From assembly GCA_903821355.1 (NCBI GenBank), contig CAIJKW010000018.1, positions 1,453 to 65,452 on the forward strand: 64,000 nucleotides of DNA, read 5' to 3'. This stretch comes from an uncultured bacterium. GTDB taxonomy: Bacteria; Patescibacteriota; Minisyncoccia; Phycocordibacterales; CAIZLB01. This document shows positions 18,670-29,036 of this stretch, piece after piece (the first letter of the stretch is position 1; each line of letters opens with the position of its first letter). A model generated the notes under the pieces. The model did no database searches. It saw nothing but the letters and a program-made list of their open reading frames with translations, and was not told the DNA's origin. A program made the position numbers and the translations under genes.

Positions 18670-19983
18670 CTATTTAATCTTTCCCTTGAATTCTTCTGGA
18701 ATAGTTAGTTCTGTAAAAGCGTCTTCCTTCTTAAAATGCAAAGATAGGTGTTTTACAGCTTTGTTGTAATCAGCCTTAGATATACCATTCAAATAGTCAT
18801 TTAATTTTTCAATTTCTCTACCAGAAGCGATTTGTCTTTCCGCCGACTCTGCTATGCTGCCACTCAAATATTCGCTCGCTAATATTTTGTCAATTTCTAC
18901 AACCCTCTCTCTTTCTGTATCCTCTTTGTATTCTCCCTTTATAAATCGATCAATTGTATCCCATATAATTTCCTCTGCCTCTTTTACATTTTCAGGCGCA
19001 ACTTTCACCCAAATATTTTGAGAGATAAATTTTGGATTTTGATTAAAACTTACTCCAACGCCATAGCACCAACTATTATCGTGACGCAATCTTCTAAATA
19101 ATATTTCCCGCAATGTGCTTTCTATCAAACCTAGCGTGTATCTATCAGTCCTTTTACGCTCAAGAAGTCTGTCTATTTCAAGGACCGCTTGTTTTGTCTC
19201 TGTTCTACCAATTTCTGTATAACTTTTTACCCACCTCCTTTCTTTTGGCAAGTTTATTTTTGAAGGTATTTTCAAGGGCTTACGTTTCTTTCCACCAGGA
19301 ACTTTGTCAATTATTTTCTTGATTTCTTTAATGATTGAATCATTGACTACTCCTGCCAAGACAATGCTGGAGTTTTCACGAACATAGTTTTTATGTGCGC
19401 TAAGAATATCTTTTTTTGTGATATTTGCTACAGTATCAATCCATCCAAGTGGGGAACTCATTCTGACTCTTTCGGGAATATCTTGGTAAACATTTTCATT
19501 CCACTTTTTCATGTAGGCGATGTGTTTTTCGTTTAACAGAAAACCCCAACCTTCTTGGGTTATGACCTTTCTTTCATGTTCGATATCTTCCGGCTTTATT
19601 AGTGGTTTAAATATTAGATTGTATATTCCATCCAGTGCAGGATGTGCTTTTTGTGGTAAAAACTTGCAAACAAAGCATGTGTCTGTAAAGCGGGTGTGAG
19701 CGTTTAAGGAATCAAGCAAGTATTCTTTTGAGAATAGGTCTATTGATTTTTTATCTGGATAAAGAGGGTTTCCGTCAAAAGTCATGTGTTCTAGAAAGTG
19801 TGCCGTACCTTCTTTTCCTGCTTTGTCATCTTGGGCACCATTATTTATTATCCATTTTAGAAACGTGCAATTAGCCCAAGGCAGTGGTTTGGTATAGATA
19901 TTAACCCCTTTGTATGTTTGTTTTTTAAAATCATAAGGGTCAAAGTGAAGTTTGGGGAGATTTATTTTGTTCTTTTTGCTCAT
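18670..19983 (-). CDS. M16 (pitrilysin/insulinase) family zinc peptidase
   Basis: Inverted zinc-binding motif HFLEHMTF (HxxEH) near the N-terminus; 437 aa. Confidence 0.7.
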   Translation of the reverse strand: MSKKNKINLPKLHFDPYDFKKQTYKGVNIYTKPLPWANCTFLKWIINNGAQDDKAGKEGTAHFLEHMTFDGNPLYPDKKSIDLFSKEYLLDSLNAHTRFTDTCFVCKFLPQKAHPALDGIYNLIFKPLIKPEDIEHERKVITQEGWGFLLNEKHIAYMKKWNENVYQDIPERVRMSSPLGWIDTVANITKKDILSAHKNYVRENSSIVLAGVVNDSIIKEIKKIIDKVPGGKKRKPLKIPSKINLPKERRWVKSYTEIGRTETKQAVLEIDRLLERKRTDRYTLGLIESTLREILFRRLRHDNSWCYGVGVSFNQNPKFISQNIWVKVAPENVKEAEEIIWDTIDRFIKGEYKEDTERERVVEIDKILASEYLSGSIAESAERQIASGREIEKLNDYLNGISKADYNKAVKHLSLHFKKEDAFTELTIPEEFKGKIK

Positions 19984-20012
19984 GGTTGATATGATATCAT
20001 TATATCGATTTA

Positions 20013-20039
20013 TTAAAAGAGACGCCCGGCGCGCGAAGC
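20013..20039. repeat. Perfect GC-only hairpin/palindrome in a divergent promoter region
   Basis: cgcccggcgcgc-gaa-gcgcgccgggcg; 12-bp all-GC stem in a 35% GC genome. Confidence 0.6.
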
Positions 20040-20073
20040 GCGCCGGGCGGACAGGTAACTAACTTAAAAAGCC

Positions 20074-20640
20074 ATGACATTATTCACGGGAAAAGGAGAC
20101 GATGGAACAACTAAAACCTTTGGCTGTGACCAAAGAATTTCAAAAAGTTCAAAAATAGCTGAAGCCCTTGGCTCACTTGATGAGACCAACTCGTTTCTAG
20201 GTTTGATTAAAGTCAAATCAGATGGGCTAGTTGGACTAGTCGGCGATTTTGAAATACTGGGAAAAAGTTTTACGGAAATAGTTAACAATATTCAACAGAA
20301 CCTTTTTATAATTCAAGCGGAGGTTGCAGGATCAAAAATGACAATTTCTGAAGAAAAGCTAAGAGAATGTGAAAACTACGTTAATGAGGCTGAAAAAATT
20401 CTTCCCCCAATCAAAACCTTTTTTGTATCAGGTGGTACAGAACTCGCGTCGCTCTTTGATGTTTCAAGAACATTAGCCAGAAAAGCTGAGAGAAGAGTGG
20501 TCTCTGCCTTTGATGGAGATTTAGAATTTGGAAAAATTAGTCTAGCTTATTTAAATAGACTTTCATCACTTCTATATGCTATGGCAAGATTATCAAACCA
20601 TGTTTTTGGAGTAGCAGAAGATGCACCTTCTTATAAATAA
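20074..20640 (+). CDS. PduO-type ATP:cob(I)alamin adenosyltransferase family protein
   Basis: N-terminal FTGKGDDGTT motif (PduO/MMAB signature) and size 188 aa. Confidence 0.6.
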   Translation: MTLFTGKGDDGTTKTFGCDQRISKSSKIAEALGSLDETNSFLGLIKVKSDGLVGLVGDFEILGKSFTEIVNNIQQNLFIIQAEVAGSKMTISEEKLRECENYVNEAEKILPPIKTFFVSGGTELASLFDVSRTLARKAERRVVSAFDGDLEFGKISLAYLNRLSSLLYAMARLSNHVFGVAEDAPSYK

Positions 20641-20684
20641 TGTATTATTTATAAAAATATTACAAAAAATTGAACCACAAATAA

Positions 20685-22031
20685 ATGGATCCAAACGCCA
20701 AATCAAACACGACAGAGGAAAATAAAACAGAAAAAGCTATACAAAAGTATTCAAAATCTAAGGATTTAATCATTGCAATCTTAGGAATAATAATTTTTGT
20801 AATAATAGTATCGCTACTTATATATGAAGGTGGTAATTCGCTTTTTAAATACTATGCAAAACATAATCCCAACTCAATCGCCGCATCTAATGGTGAATTA
20901 GACTCTATATCCACTGGAGACGCTGATATATCTTCTGTGGTTGATGGTATTGGCAATAGAATTAATAATATACTCGGAGGAAAAGATGAATTTGATAGTA
21001 AGAACAAAGACAGTTTGGTTTTATTAGATCAATCCACCACTACAGCATCAAGCACGCTAATTACAAAACCAGATACTCAATATGTAATAATATCTTTCGA
21101 TGGATCGAGATCTATTCCAATGTGGAATGAGACTCGTCAGTTCGCAAAAGATATGGCTTCTAAAGGAAAGCCTGTTCATTTTACTTATTTTATAAATCCA
21201 ATTTATTTAATTACAAAAGATGTTGCCAAAAAGCTTTATCAACCACCTACATCAAAGATTGGTGATTCACTCATTGGTTATGCCGATAGTGAACAGGATG
21301 TCAAATCAAGGGTTGAGCAAATAAATCTAGCTTATTCAGAAGGTAATGAAATTGGCTCCCACAACGTAGGACATTTCAATGGCTCAAAATGGAGTCTTGA
21401 TCAATGGCTACAAGAGTCTAATTCTTTCGATTCTATAATTGCTAATGTTCAAAAAAATAATCCAGATGTCGTAATTCAACCTTGGATATCTGGATTAACA
21501 AATGTTGTTGGTTTCAGGGCGCCAGAGCTTGGGGTTAATAGCGATTTATATAAAGCTTTGTCTGAAAAGAAGTATCTTTATGACGCTAGTGGAATTAGGA
21601 TGCCAAATAAATATCCAGTAAAAGACAAGAATGGTATTTGGCATATTGGTTTGGGTATTGTAAAAATGAAGGATTTAACATCTGATGGAATTGCCAGTGT
21701 TGGTAAACCTCATTACGTTTTATCCATGGACTATAATTTTTGGATGTTGCAATCTAGGGTCAAAAATATTGCCACAAAAGGAACACCGCTTTGGAACACC
21801 TACTTTGCTGAAATGAAAGACTCGTATTTAAATTATTTTAATAATAATTACGAAGGGAATCGTGCTCCAGTTGTTATCGGTCATCATTTTTCAGCATGGA
21901 ACGACGGCGTTTATTGGGAGGCTCTAAAGTCTTTTGCGGAAGATGTTTGCGGTAAGCCAAACGTTAAGTGCGTGACATTTAGAGAATATGTAGACTATTT
22001 GAATTCAGCTTCAAAACAAGACGCAAAATAG
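20685..22031 (+). CDS. Membrane-anchored protein, possible divergent polysaccharide deacetylase (NodB-like) domain
   Basis: N-terminal TM helix; VIISFDGSRS and GSHNVGHF resemble degenerate NodB motifs 1 and 2; weak. Confidence 0.35.
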   Translation: MDPNAKSNTTEENKTEKAIQKYSKSKDLIIAILGIIIFVIIVSLLIYEGGNSLFKYYAKHNPNSIAASNGELDSISTGDADISSVVDGIGNRINNILGGKDEFDSKNKDSLVLLDQSTTTASSTLITKPDTQYVIISFDGSRSIPMWNETRQFAKDMASKGKPVHFTYFINPIYLITKDVAKKLYQPPTSKIGDSLIGYADSEQDVKSRVEQINLAYSEGNEIGSHNVGHFNGSKWSLDQWLQESNSFDSIIANVQKNNPDVVIQPWISGLTNVVGFRAPELGVNSDLYKALSEKKYLYDASGIRMPNKYPVKDKNGIWHIGLGIVKMKDLTSDGIASVGKPHYVLSMDYNFWMLQSRVKNIATKGTPLWNTYFAEMKDSYLNYFNNNYEGNRAPVVIGHHFSAWNDGVYWEALKSFAEDVCGKPNVKCVTFREYVDYLNSASKQDAK

Positions 22032-22119
22032 GCTCAAAAGTAACTCATGAGTAAAATTCGTCAAAAGACGATATTTGTGATATATATAGAGGGCATTAAA
22101 ACAAGATAATGCAACACAT

Positions 22120-22191
22120 GGTGCCCATAGCTTAGTGGTAAAGCTCCGGTCTGTGGATCCGGCTACGAGAGTTCGATCCTCTCTGGGCACC
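22120..22191 (+). tRNA. tRNA-His (anticodon GTG) with genome-encoded G-1
   Basis: G-1 plus acceptor GTGCCCA/TGGGCAC, discriminator C, anticodon loop with GTG, T-arm GAGTTCGATCCTC. Confidence 0.75.
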
Positions 22192-22258
22192 CAATTAGCC
22201 AACAAAAAAGCGATGCGAGAGCGTCGTTTTTTTGTTGGTGCTAATTGGTTGTGCTTTG
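22192..22258. repeat. 19-bp inverted repeat flanking a 17-nt core directly after tRNA-His
   Basis: ccaattagccaacaaaaaa ... ttttttgttggtgctaattgg flanking gcgatgcgagagcgtcg; terminator or protein-binding site. Confidence 0.4.
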
Positions 22259-22311
22259 AGCTTCTGAAAGAAGCGAGCAGTGCACCTATAATTAGATGAT
22301 ATAATCATATT

Positions 22312-22569
22312 ATGTTCTCCGTTTATATACTAGAATGTTCTGATAAAAGCCTTTACGTTGGCTGTACTAATGATTTAGAAAAAAGATTAAATCAACATAA
22401 TAATCTAAAGTCTGGTGCGCATTACACAAAAATCAGACGACCTGTTGTTTTGAGGTACTCGGAAAACTTTCCTACACTATTGGAAGCAAGAGGTAGGGAG
22501 GCGGAAATTAAAAGATGGAAAAGGGAGGAAAAGATGAAATTAATACGTGTTACAACACTAAAAATATAG
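22312..22569 (+). CDS. GIY-YIG nuclease family protein (UPF0213/YhbQ-like)
   Basis: VYILECSDKSLYVGCTNDLEKRLNQHN GIY-YIG signature; 85 aa. Confidence 0.7.
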   Translation: MFSVYILECSDKSLYVGCTNDLEKRLNQHNNLKSGAHYTKIRRPVVLRYSENFPTLLEARGREAEIKRWKREEKMKLIRVTTLKI

Positions 22570-22578
22570 TACAATGGT

Positions 22579-23193
22579 ATGATGAATTTAATATCGGATC
22601 CAGTCGTTTTTCTAACCAGCATACTAGGCTTTGCCTCATATTTTAGATATCCATTAATTGCCATTGGTACTATTATAGAGGGACCGATATTGATGATTGC
22701 TTCAGGTTTTTTTTACAGAACAGGCTTTTTTGAAATAGTCCCTCTATTTATAGCAATATTAATAGGAGATTTGATTGGCGATGTTTTCTGGTATGTTGTT
22801 GGTAGGTATTTTGCTGAGCCGGTTTTAAATAGGCATGGAAAATTTGTTGGAATTACACCTGAGAGATTTGAAAAGATAAAAGAATTGTTCAAAAAATACC
22901 ACGAAAGAATATTACTTTTTTCTAAATTGACTATAGGGCTTGGATTTGCCCTCGGAGTCTTGATTGTGGCTGGAGCTACAAAAGTTTCTTTTAAAAGATA
23001 TATGATCATTAATCTTTTAGGAGAAGTTTTCTTGGTCGCTATAATGCTTACTATCGGATACTTCTTTGGGGAAGTTTATTCTAATATATCGGATAACTTT
23101 AAAGCCGGATTCCTGATAATAGTCGCTTTGCTTATTTTATCTTTCTCTTACTTCTTCTCTCGATATGTTAAAAAGAAGAGCGAAGAGTTATAA
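22579..23193 (+). CDS. DedA/TVP38 family membrane protein
   Basis: Multi-TM protein with a glycine-rich reentrant region typical of DedA; 204 aa. Confidence 0.55.
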   Translation: MMNLISDPVVFLTSILGFASYFRYPLIAIGTIIEGPILMIASGFFYRTGFFEIVPLFIAILIGDLIGDVFWYVVGRYFAEPVLNRHGKFVGITPERFEKIKELFKKYHERILLFSKLTIGLGFALGVLIVAGATKVSFKRYMIINLLGEVFLVAIMLTIGYFFGEVYSNISDNFKAGFLIIVALLILSFSYFFSRYVKKKSEEL

Positions 23194-23230
23194 TATTAAT
23201 TAAATAAACAACACACAAAAACACAAACAT

Positions 23231-23944
23231 ATGATTTCCTTTATTATTCCGACGCTGAACGAAGAAAAAACCATAGAAAACACTCTTAAATCAATAGGTG
23301 TTTTTTCTGGAGAGAAGGAAATTATAATTTCCGATGGAAAAAGTGGGGACAAAACAGTTGAGATTGCCAAAAAATACACAGATAAAATTGTTGTGCATAA
23401 TGGTTTTGGAAGACAAAATATTCCACAAGGTAGAAACGATGGTGCAAAGATAGCGACGGGCGAGTACATCGTCTTTGTTGATGCTGACGTAACCATTTTG
23501 GATATTAATAATTTTATAGCGCGTGGTGAAAATTATTTTAAAAAAGACAAAAAACTAGTTGCTATTACCGCTGGATGCATCGTCTTTGAAGATGTTGCGA
23601 CAATCTTTGATAAAATAATTTTTAAGATTCTAGCCCTATACTTTACATTCCTTAATTTTATTGGACTTGGGGCAGCGGGAGGGGAGTTTCAAATGATTAA
23701 AAGAGAGGCCTTTCTTAAGGTTGGGGGTTTTAATGAAAAACTTGCAGCAAGTGAAGACATGGATTTGTTTTGGCGCTTAGCCAAAATCGGTAGAACTAAA
23801 TTACCCATCGGATTTAACGTCTATCACACAGGAAGAAGAGCTCATAAAATTGGTTGGCCAAAACTTTTGTGGCAATGGTCATCTAATACAATAAAGGTTT
23901 TTTTCTTTAAAAAAGCCCCTAGTGAGTGGAAGGAGATAAGATAA
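23231..23944 (+). CDS. Family 2 glycosyltransferase
   Basis: ISFIIPTLNEE start, DxD motif (VDADV); 237 aa. Confidence 0.7.
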   Translation: MISFIIPTLNEEKTIENTLKSIGVFSGEKEIIISDGKSGDKTVEIAKKYTDKIVVHNGFGRQNIPQGRNDGAKIATGEYIVFVDADVTILDINNFIARGENYFKKDKKLVAITAGCIVFEDVATIFDKIIFKILALYFTFLNFIGLGAAGGEFQMIKREAFLKVGGFNEKLAASEDMDLFWRLAKIGRTKLPIGFNVYHTGRRAHKIGWPKLLWQWSSNTIKVFFFKKAPSEWKEIR

Positions 23945-24045
23945 AAAGTCTTAATAGTAAAATAGTCCGAAAAATAATTGGAAATGTTTTTAAATGTATC
24001 ATTATCGGTATGGATTTATATTTGTAAGTCAGTATAATTAGTGAG

Positions 24046-24723
24046 ATGAAACTTCACATAGTCTTCAACAAAGAAACTTGGTATTCGAGATTACTTTCTA
24101 TCATTTTTTTACTCGGCGTATTTCCTTGCCTTGTGTTCTATATTGGCCAAAGATATCAAGAGTATATTGATTTTATGGACGGCACAGCATATACGTCATT
24201 AGATTGGCATAATTCTGACTATCTCCAAGATTACAATCCTCGTAATAATCAACAGTATATATTAGAAAATAAAATAGAAGGGAAATGGAAGAGCGTTAAT
24301 GACCCCAAGTTTACCCTAATATTTATTGACCTAAATAGATATTTTGAATATTACGATGGTTCGATAGTCAATTCTGGGGCTTGGTTTCTAAAGCAGAGTT
24401 TGATCAATACAAAATTTGCAAATATGCCATCATCAAGTTTTGTGATTGGATCTAGTACAAAATCAGACGATGTAAACACCTATTTATATGAAAGACTAAT
24501 AGACAGTAATCAAAGTCTTGCCCAGAAACAACAAGTACAGAAAGAGTTGATATCCAAAAAAACCGACAAGGGTCTTCTAAATTTATATAAAAATGATTTT
24601 ATTTATAAAATCTCTTTTTCTTCTGACTACAATAAATTAACCTTATTATTTCTTGAGACGGGTGAGACATTGAATTTTACGAGAGAATTTTATAACCCCG
24701 GAAGTTTGGATGATCTAAATTAA
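24046..24723 (+). CDS. Hypothetical membrane-anchored protein
   Basis: 225 aa; N-terminal TM helix; no recognisable motif. Confidence 0.35.
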   Translation: MKLHIVFNKETWYSRLLSIIFLLGVFPCLVFYIGQRYQEYIDFMDGTAYTSLDWHNSDYLQDYNPRNNQQYILENKIEGKWKSVNDPKFTLIFIDLNRYFEYYDGSIVNSGAWFLKQSLINTKFANMPSSSFVIGSSTKSDDVNTYLYERLIDSNQSLAQKQQVQKELISKKTDKGLLNLYKNDFIYKISFSSDYNKLTLLFLETGETLNFTREFYNPGSLDDLN

Positions 24724-24738
24724 GATTTAAAATATACC

Positions 24739-25992
24739 CTAGAGAAAACGAGCCGTAGTGGTCGCAATCATGTCGTTAACCCCACTCGGTTCTGTACCCG
24801 TTCCCTCGGAGGTTACGTTGATGGTACTGGTCGATGTTGTTGGTGTTGTTGATGATGAGGTTGTTGTTGCTGTAGAAAAATTTAAGAAATCTTGAATAGT
24901 TATCTTATCGGTAAAAATATCTTTTGCATTGTCTACTCCTATATATCTAAAATGCCAAGGCTCATAAATATAGCCAGTTTCTTTTTGTTTTTTATCAGGA
25001 TAACTCATTATAAAACCATATTTATAACTGTTTTGCGCCATCCATTTTCCTTCTTTACTATTTGCAAAACTCGGGCTAACCCCAGCATATCCAATACTTT
25101 TTCCGCTCACATCTATTGTTGTACCTAGTTGATGCTCAGAGTGTCCCGCTTCTGCAATACCTGCTTTTGCGGCATTACCACTTTTATTTATCCAAAGAGA
25201 ATAAAGAAACTTTTGCATTTCAGCACTTCTATAGGAAGATGTAATAGCAATGTCTAACTTTTGTTTTTTTGCATCGCCAATCATTTCATCTAGGTGCCTA
25301 ACTATTCTTTCAGAAACACACATTACGCCAATGGTTTTTATTGGATTTAAAACCCTAGTCAAATCTTGAGGAATATAATCAAGTGGTACAGACGTTGATC
25401 TATTTAGGTTCTCAAAAACCTTATTGAAATCACTTTCTACCATATTATCAACCCCAATTTTTCTAACAGCTGTTGGGCAAAGTTCCTTGTACACCAACTC
25501 GTTGACGACAGATTTTGTTACAGTGTCTAATTCTCCCGTTATTGGGACGTTAAGCTTTGCCTGTAAACTTCTGAGGGCGGATTCTGTTTTTGGTCCAAAA
25601 TTATTGGTCATAGTCCATTTTGTTTTATCATTTAACAAAGATTTTAATATAATTTGAAGAACCATAACATCATTGCCTTTTGACCCCCTTTTTAATTTTC
25701 TGTTGAAATCGCCATTTTCTTGCCAAACCTTTATTGCATTGATTGCTATTGTTGGAGAGGCTGTATTTTCTAAAAGGCTAACCGCGTCTGTGCTTGTTGC
25801 CGTGTTTGCTGCCGTGTTTGTTGTCGTACTTGTACTCGTTGAAGCATTCATCATCGAGTTTGTATTCAAAATATCAATTTGTGGGGAATAGGGGATGGTT
25901 ACTGATGCTTGTGCCGGAGATATAGCCCAAATACTTCCTGAAATCAGAAAAACAGCAATGACAATATTTGGTTTGTGGATATTTGAAATCAT
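24739..25992 (-). CDS. Secreted peptidoglycan-binding D,D-carboxypeptidase (VanY/M15B family)
   Basis: Signal peptide; PG_binding_1-like segment (GSKGNDVMVLQIIL); VanY motifs SSYRSAEMQ, SEHQLGTTIDV, EPWHFRY. Confidence 0.7.
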   Translation of the reverse strand: MISNIHKPNIVIAVFLISGSIWAISPAQASVTIPYSPQIDILNTNSMMNASTSTSTTTNTAANTATSTDAVSLLENTASPTIAINAIKVWQENGDFNRKLKRGSKGNDVMVLQIILKSLLNDKTKWTMTNNFGPKTESALRSLQAKLNVPITGELDTVTKSVVNELVYKELCPTAVRKIGVDNMVESDFNKVFENLNRSTSVPLDYIPQDLTRVLNPIKTIGVMCVSERIVRHLDEMIGDAKKQKLDIAITSSYRSAEMQKFLYSLWINKSGNAAKAGIAEAGHSEHQLGTTIDVSGKSIGYAGVSPSFANSKEGKWMAQNSYKYGFIMSYPDKKQKETGYIYEPWHFRYIGVDNAKDIFTDKITIQDFLNFSTATTTSSSTTPTTSTSTINVTSEGTGTEPSGVNDMIATTTARFL

Positions 25993-26022
25993 ATTATTTT
26001 ATATAAGTAGTATACTATAAAT

Positions 26023-26406
26023 ATGACAAATTCTAACAATGAACAAGGTATGTGGTCTCTTGGTCTAGTCTTTAAATCTTTCGGATATGCCTTAAACGGC
26101 ATCAAACATGTTTTTAAAAATGAAAGAAACTTTAGGTTGCATGTTCTAAGCTCCATTTTGGTTCTGATTTGCGCATTCTATTTTAACTGTGATTTAATCG
26201 AATTTGCCCTTTTGGTAATTGTCATGTCTGTGGTCTTGATAACAGAAATAATTAACAGCGCCATTGAATACACTTGGGACAAATTAGAACCCAATCATCA
26301 TCCTGTCATTGGAATTATAAAAGACGCCATGTCTGGATCGGTCTTAATTGCATCCCTCTCTGCTCTAATCGTTGGTATAATGGTAGTGCTTAGACATTTA
26401 ATTTAA
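26023..26406 (+). CDS. dgkA: Prokaryotic diacylglycerol/undecaprenol kinase (DgkA family)
   Basis: 127 aa, three TM helices, ERNFRLH motif region. Confidence 0.65.
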   Translation: MTNSNNEQGMWSLGLVFKSFGYALNGIKHVFKNERNFRLHVLSSILVLICAFYFNCDLIEFALLVIVMSVVLITEIINSAIEYTWDKLEPNHHPVIGIIKDAMSGSVLIASLSALIVGIMVVLRHLI

Positions 26407-26441
26407 GATCGTATTATTATATTCAGACAATTTCTACCAAA

Positions 26442-27008
26442 ATGAATTCAACTATACTTTTATTTGCACAAAAACTAGATATAAATGTTCTGCACTTCAT
26501 ATCTAGTCACACAAGTCCTTTTGGTATTAAATTAGCAATATTCGCCAGCAGTATTGGTAGTCCGTTGTCTTTCTTTTTGATTACGATTGGTATGTGCTTA
26601 ATATTTTGGCTACATAAAAAACCTTACCATTTACTTCAGTTTTTAATTACATTAGCTTCTGGATTCATCGTTGTTTACTTAATAAAGATATTTACAGCAA
26701 GACCAAGACCCGCGGAAGCGTTAATTGAAGTTAGTGGATATTCCTTTCCAAGCGCGCATGCCACAATTGCAACTTTGTTCTGTTTTATAATTATATTTGC
26801 TTACAAGAGTCATATAAAAAACCGTTTATTAAAATTTATTTTTATACTATTTTTCATAATTTCAGCATTAGCCATATCTTTTAGTCGAATATATTTGTCG
26901 GCTCACTATATGAGCGACGTTGTCGTTGGGATCACTATTGGTTTGCTTATTTCCTCAATCTCTGTCTTCATATTTGAAAACTTTTTTGGGAAGGAGAATC
27001 TGATATAA
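26442..27008 (+). CDS. PAP2-family lipid phosphatase
   Basis: PAP2 motifs KIFTARPRP, SFPSAHA, SRIYLSAHYMSDV. Confidence 0.7.
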   Translation: MNSTILLFAQKLDINVLHFISSHTSPFGIKLAIFASSIGSPLSFFLITIGMCLIFWLHKKPYHLLQFLITLASGFIVVYLIKIFTARPRPAEALIEVSGYSFPSAHATIATLFCFIIIFAYKSHIKNRLLKFIFILFFIISALAISFSRIYLSAHYMSDVVVGITIGLLISSISVFIFENFFGKENLI

Positions 27009-27016
27009 TTCTTTCT

Positions 27017-27811
27017 ATGAACATAATACATGCAATAATTTTGGGTGCAGTTGAGGGAATTACGGAGTTTTTACCAATATCTTCAACTGGACACATGATC
27101 TTGGTTTCAAGGTTGCTTGGTTTAAAAGACACAGATTTTTTAAAAACTTTTGAAATATTTATTCAACTTGGAGCTATTCTTGCTGTTGTGGTCCTATACT
27201 TCAAAAGGTTAATAACCTCAGTAGATACCATCAAAAAAGTTATAATTGCATTTATCCCAACAGCTATTATAGGCCTAATTCTTCATGATTTCGTTAAAAA
27301 ATATTTATTAGCAAGTCCTGTCGTTGTTTCTGTCGCTCTAATCGTCGGCGGTGTCTTGATCATTTGGTTTGAAAAATGGAATGCAAAACAACACGTAGGT
27401 CCAAGTATTAAACAGGGTGATAAAATAAATATCAGTTATATGCAAGCTGTGAAAGTTGGATTGTATCAATCAATTGCTATGATTCCTGGAGTTTCAAGAT
27501 CTGCTGCAACAATTGTTGGAGGTCAAATTTCTGGTATCTCGAGAATTGAAATTGTGGAATTTTCTTTCTTCCTAGCTATTCCTACAATGGTCGCTGCATC
27601 TGCTTTGGATTTATATAAAGGAGTAGGGGAGATTGGGTCTAATGAAATAATACTTTTATCCGTTGGTTTTGTCTCTGCTTTTGTGGTTGCCATCCTTGCG
27701 ATTAAAAGCTTCTTAAATTATATTAAGAAACATAATTTTGTAAATTTTGCCATATATAGAATAATTGTAGGTATTTTGTTTTTGATTTTGTTATACACTA
27801 TTGGTTTCTAA
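27017..27811 (+). CDS. uppP: Undecaprenyl-diphosphatase UppP (BacA)
   Basis: AIILGAVEGITEFLPISSTGHMIL N-terminal signature and second conserved block PGVSRSAATI. Confidence 0.85.
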   Translation: MNIIHAIILGAVEGITEFLPISSTGHMILVSRLLGLKDTDFLKTFEIFIQLGAILAVVVLYFKRLITSVDTIKKVIIAFIPTAIIGLILHDFVKKYLLASPVVVSVALIVGGVLIIWFEKWNAKQHVGPSIKQGDKINISYMQAVKVGLYQSIAMIPGVSRSAATIVGGQISGISRIEIVEFSFFLAIPTMVAASALDLYKGVGEIGSNEIILLSVGFVSAFVVAILAIKSFLNYIKKHNFVNFAIYRIIVGILFLILLYTIGF

Positions 27812-27908
27812 TCTAATAGATAGATAAAAATTATATTATACATTGTTGTTGTTTCGTTTTTTAAAAAAATATTTGAATCTTTTTATAATACTCTGCTATA
27901 ATATATGT

Positions 27909-28907
27909 ATGGTAATTAAAAAACAACTTAAGAAAGATGGAGGAGATATAAAAAGTTTTCTAGAATTGAACTCAATACTAAAAATTGTTTCAATATTATT
28001 TATTTTATCAATAACTGTATTGGCTATCGTAAATATTTTTGATGGAAAAGAAAATAAATCAGATGCACAAAATGTAATAAGTGTTTCTGGTCATGGTGAA
28101 ATTAGTTTGAAGCCTGACACAACTAAATTTACAATTTCTGTAACGGAGACAGGTAAAGACATGAAGACTTCTCAAGATGCTGCAAAAGCTAAGATAAATA
28201 GTGCAATTGCAATTCTTAAACAAAACGGTGTTCCTGATAAGAACATTAAGAATATAAATTATGATACGTACCCAAAGTACAGTTCAAGAACTTCCACCTG
28301 CTCTCCCTCCTCGGTCATTAAGGGTGCTCCCATAGCGGCTCCTGCTCCAGCCCTAAAATCATTAAACACATCTTCATCAAGTGTTGTTAAGAGCCGTGTT
28401 GTTTCAAAGACCAGCACCACAAAAACTAATGTCGCCAGTGTTGCCGTTGCCGGAAGCGCAGGGGTTGCTGGATCGGTTTCTCCAAATTGTATAGACAGAA
28501 CTTCTGAAATTATTGGATATGAAACTAATCAATCTATAGAGGTTAAAATTACAGATATAAGCAAAAATCCAGATTTGGCTGGAGTATTGATCTCCGCTGT
28601 TGGGGCTATTGGGGTACAAACAAGTGGACTAACAAGCTTTATTGATAATATTGACTTATCGAAACAATATGCCAGAGAACAAGCTATATTAAAGGCAAAA
28701 ACTCAAGCTAAAGACATTGCTGAGTCTTTAGATATAAAGCTTGGTAAAATAACTTCTTTCTCTGAAAATACTAATGGTGGTGGATATCCATATCCAATGA
28801 TGATGAACGCAAAGGTGACTGGGCCTGCTGATTCAGCTCCAATTAGTCTACCAACAGGGGAGACTACGGTTACATCCGATGTCAATATTACCTATAGTAT
28901 TAGGTAA
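27909..28907 (+). CDS. SIMPL/DUF541-like secreted protein with an inserted Ser/Ala-rich low-complexity segment
   Basis: ISVSGHGEISLKPDTTKFTISV core; ORF-track start 27843 contains a TATAAT (about 27893), so the start was moved to ATG 27909. Confidence 0.5.
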   Translation: MVIKKQLKKDGGDIKSFLELNSILKIVSILFILSITVLAIVNIFDGKENKSDAQNVISVSGHGEISLKPDTTKFTISVTETGKDMKTSQDAAKAKINSAIAILKQNGVPDKNIKNINYDTYPKYSSRTSTCSPSSVIKGAPIAAPAPALKSLNTSSSSVVKSRVVSKTSTTKTNVASVAVAGSAGVAGSVSPNCIDRTSEIIGYETNQSIEVKITDISKNPDLAGVLISAVGAIGVQTSGLTSFIDNIDLSKQYAREQAILKAKTQAKDIAESLDIKLGKITSFSENTNGGGYPYPMMMNAKVTGPADSAPISLPTGETTVTSDVNITYSIR

Positions 28908-28947
28908 GTTAGAGCTCAGGGTGCCAGGAAGATAACCCTCGCTCTAT

Positions 28948-28976
28948 TTGACAGAATCAGATTGAGACTATATACT
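28948..28976 (+). promoter_or_regulatory. Sigma70-like promoter for the secE-nusG-rplK operon
   Basis: TTGACA-17-TATACT upstream of secE. Confidence 0.4.
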
Positions 28977-29036
28977 CATAAACGTTAAAATAACATCTTA
29001 AAACGCCCGAAAGGGTGTTTTAAAATACCAAAATAT

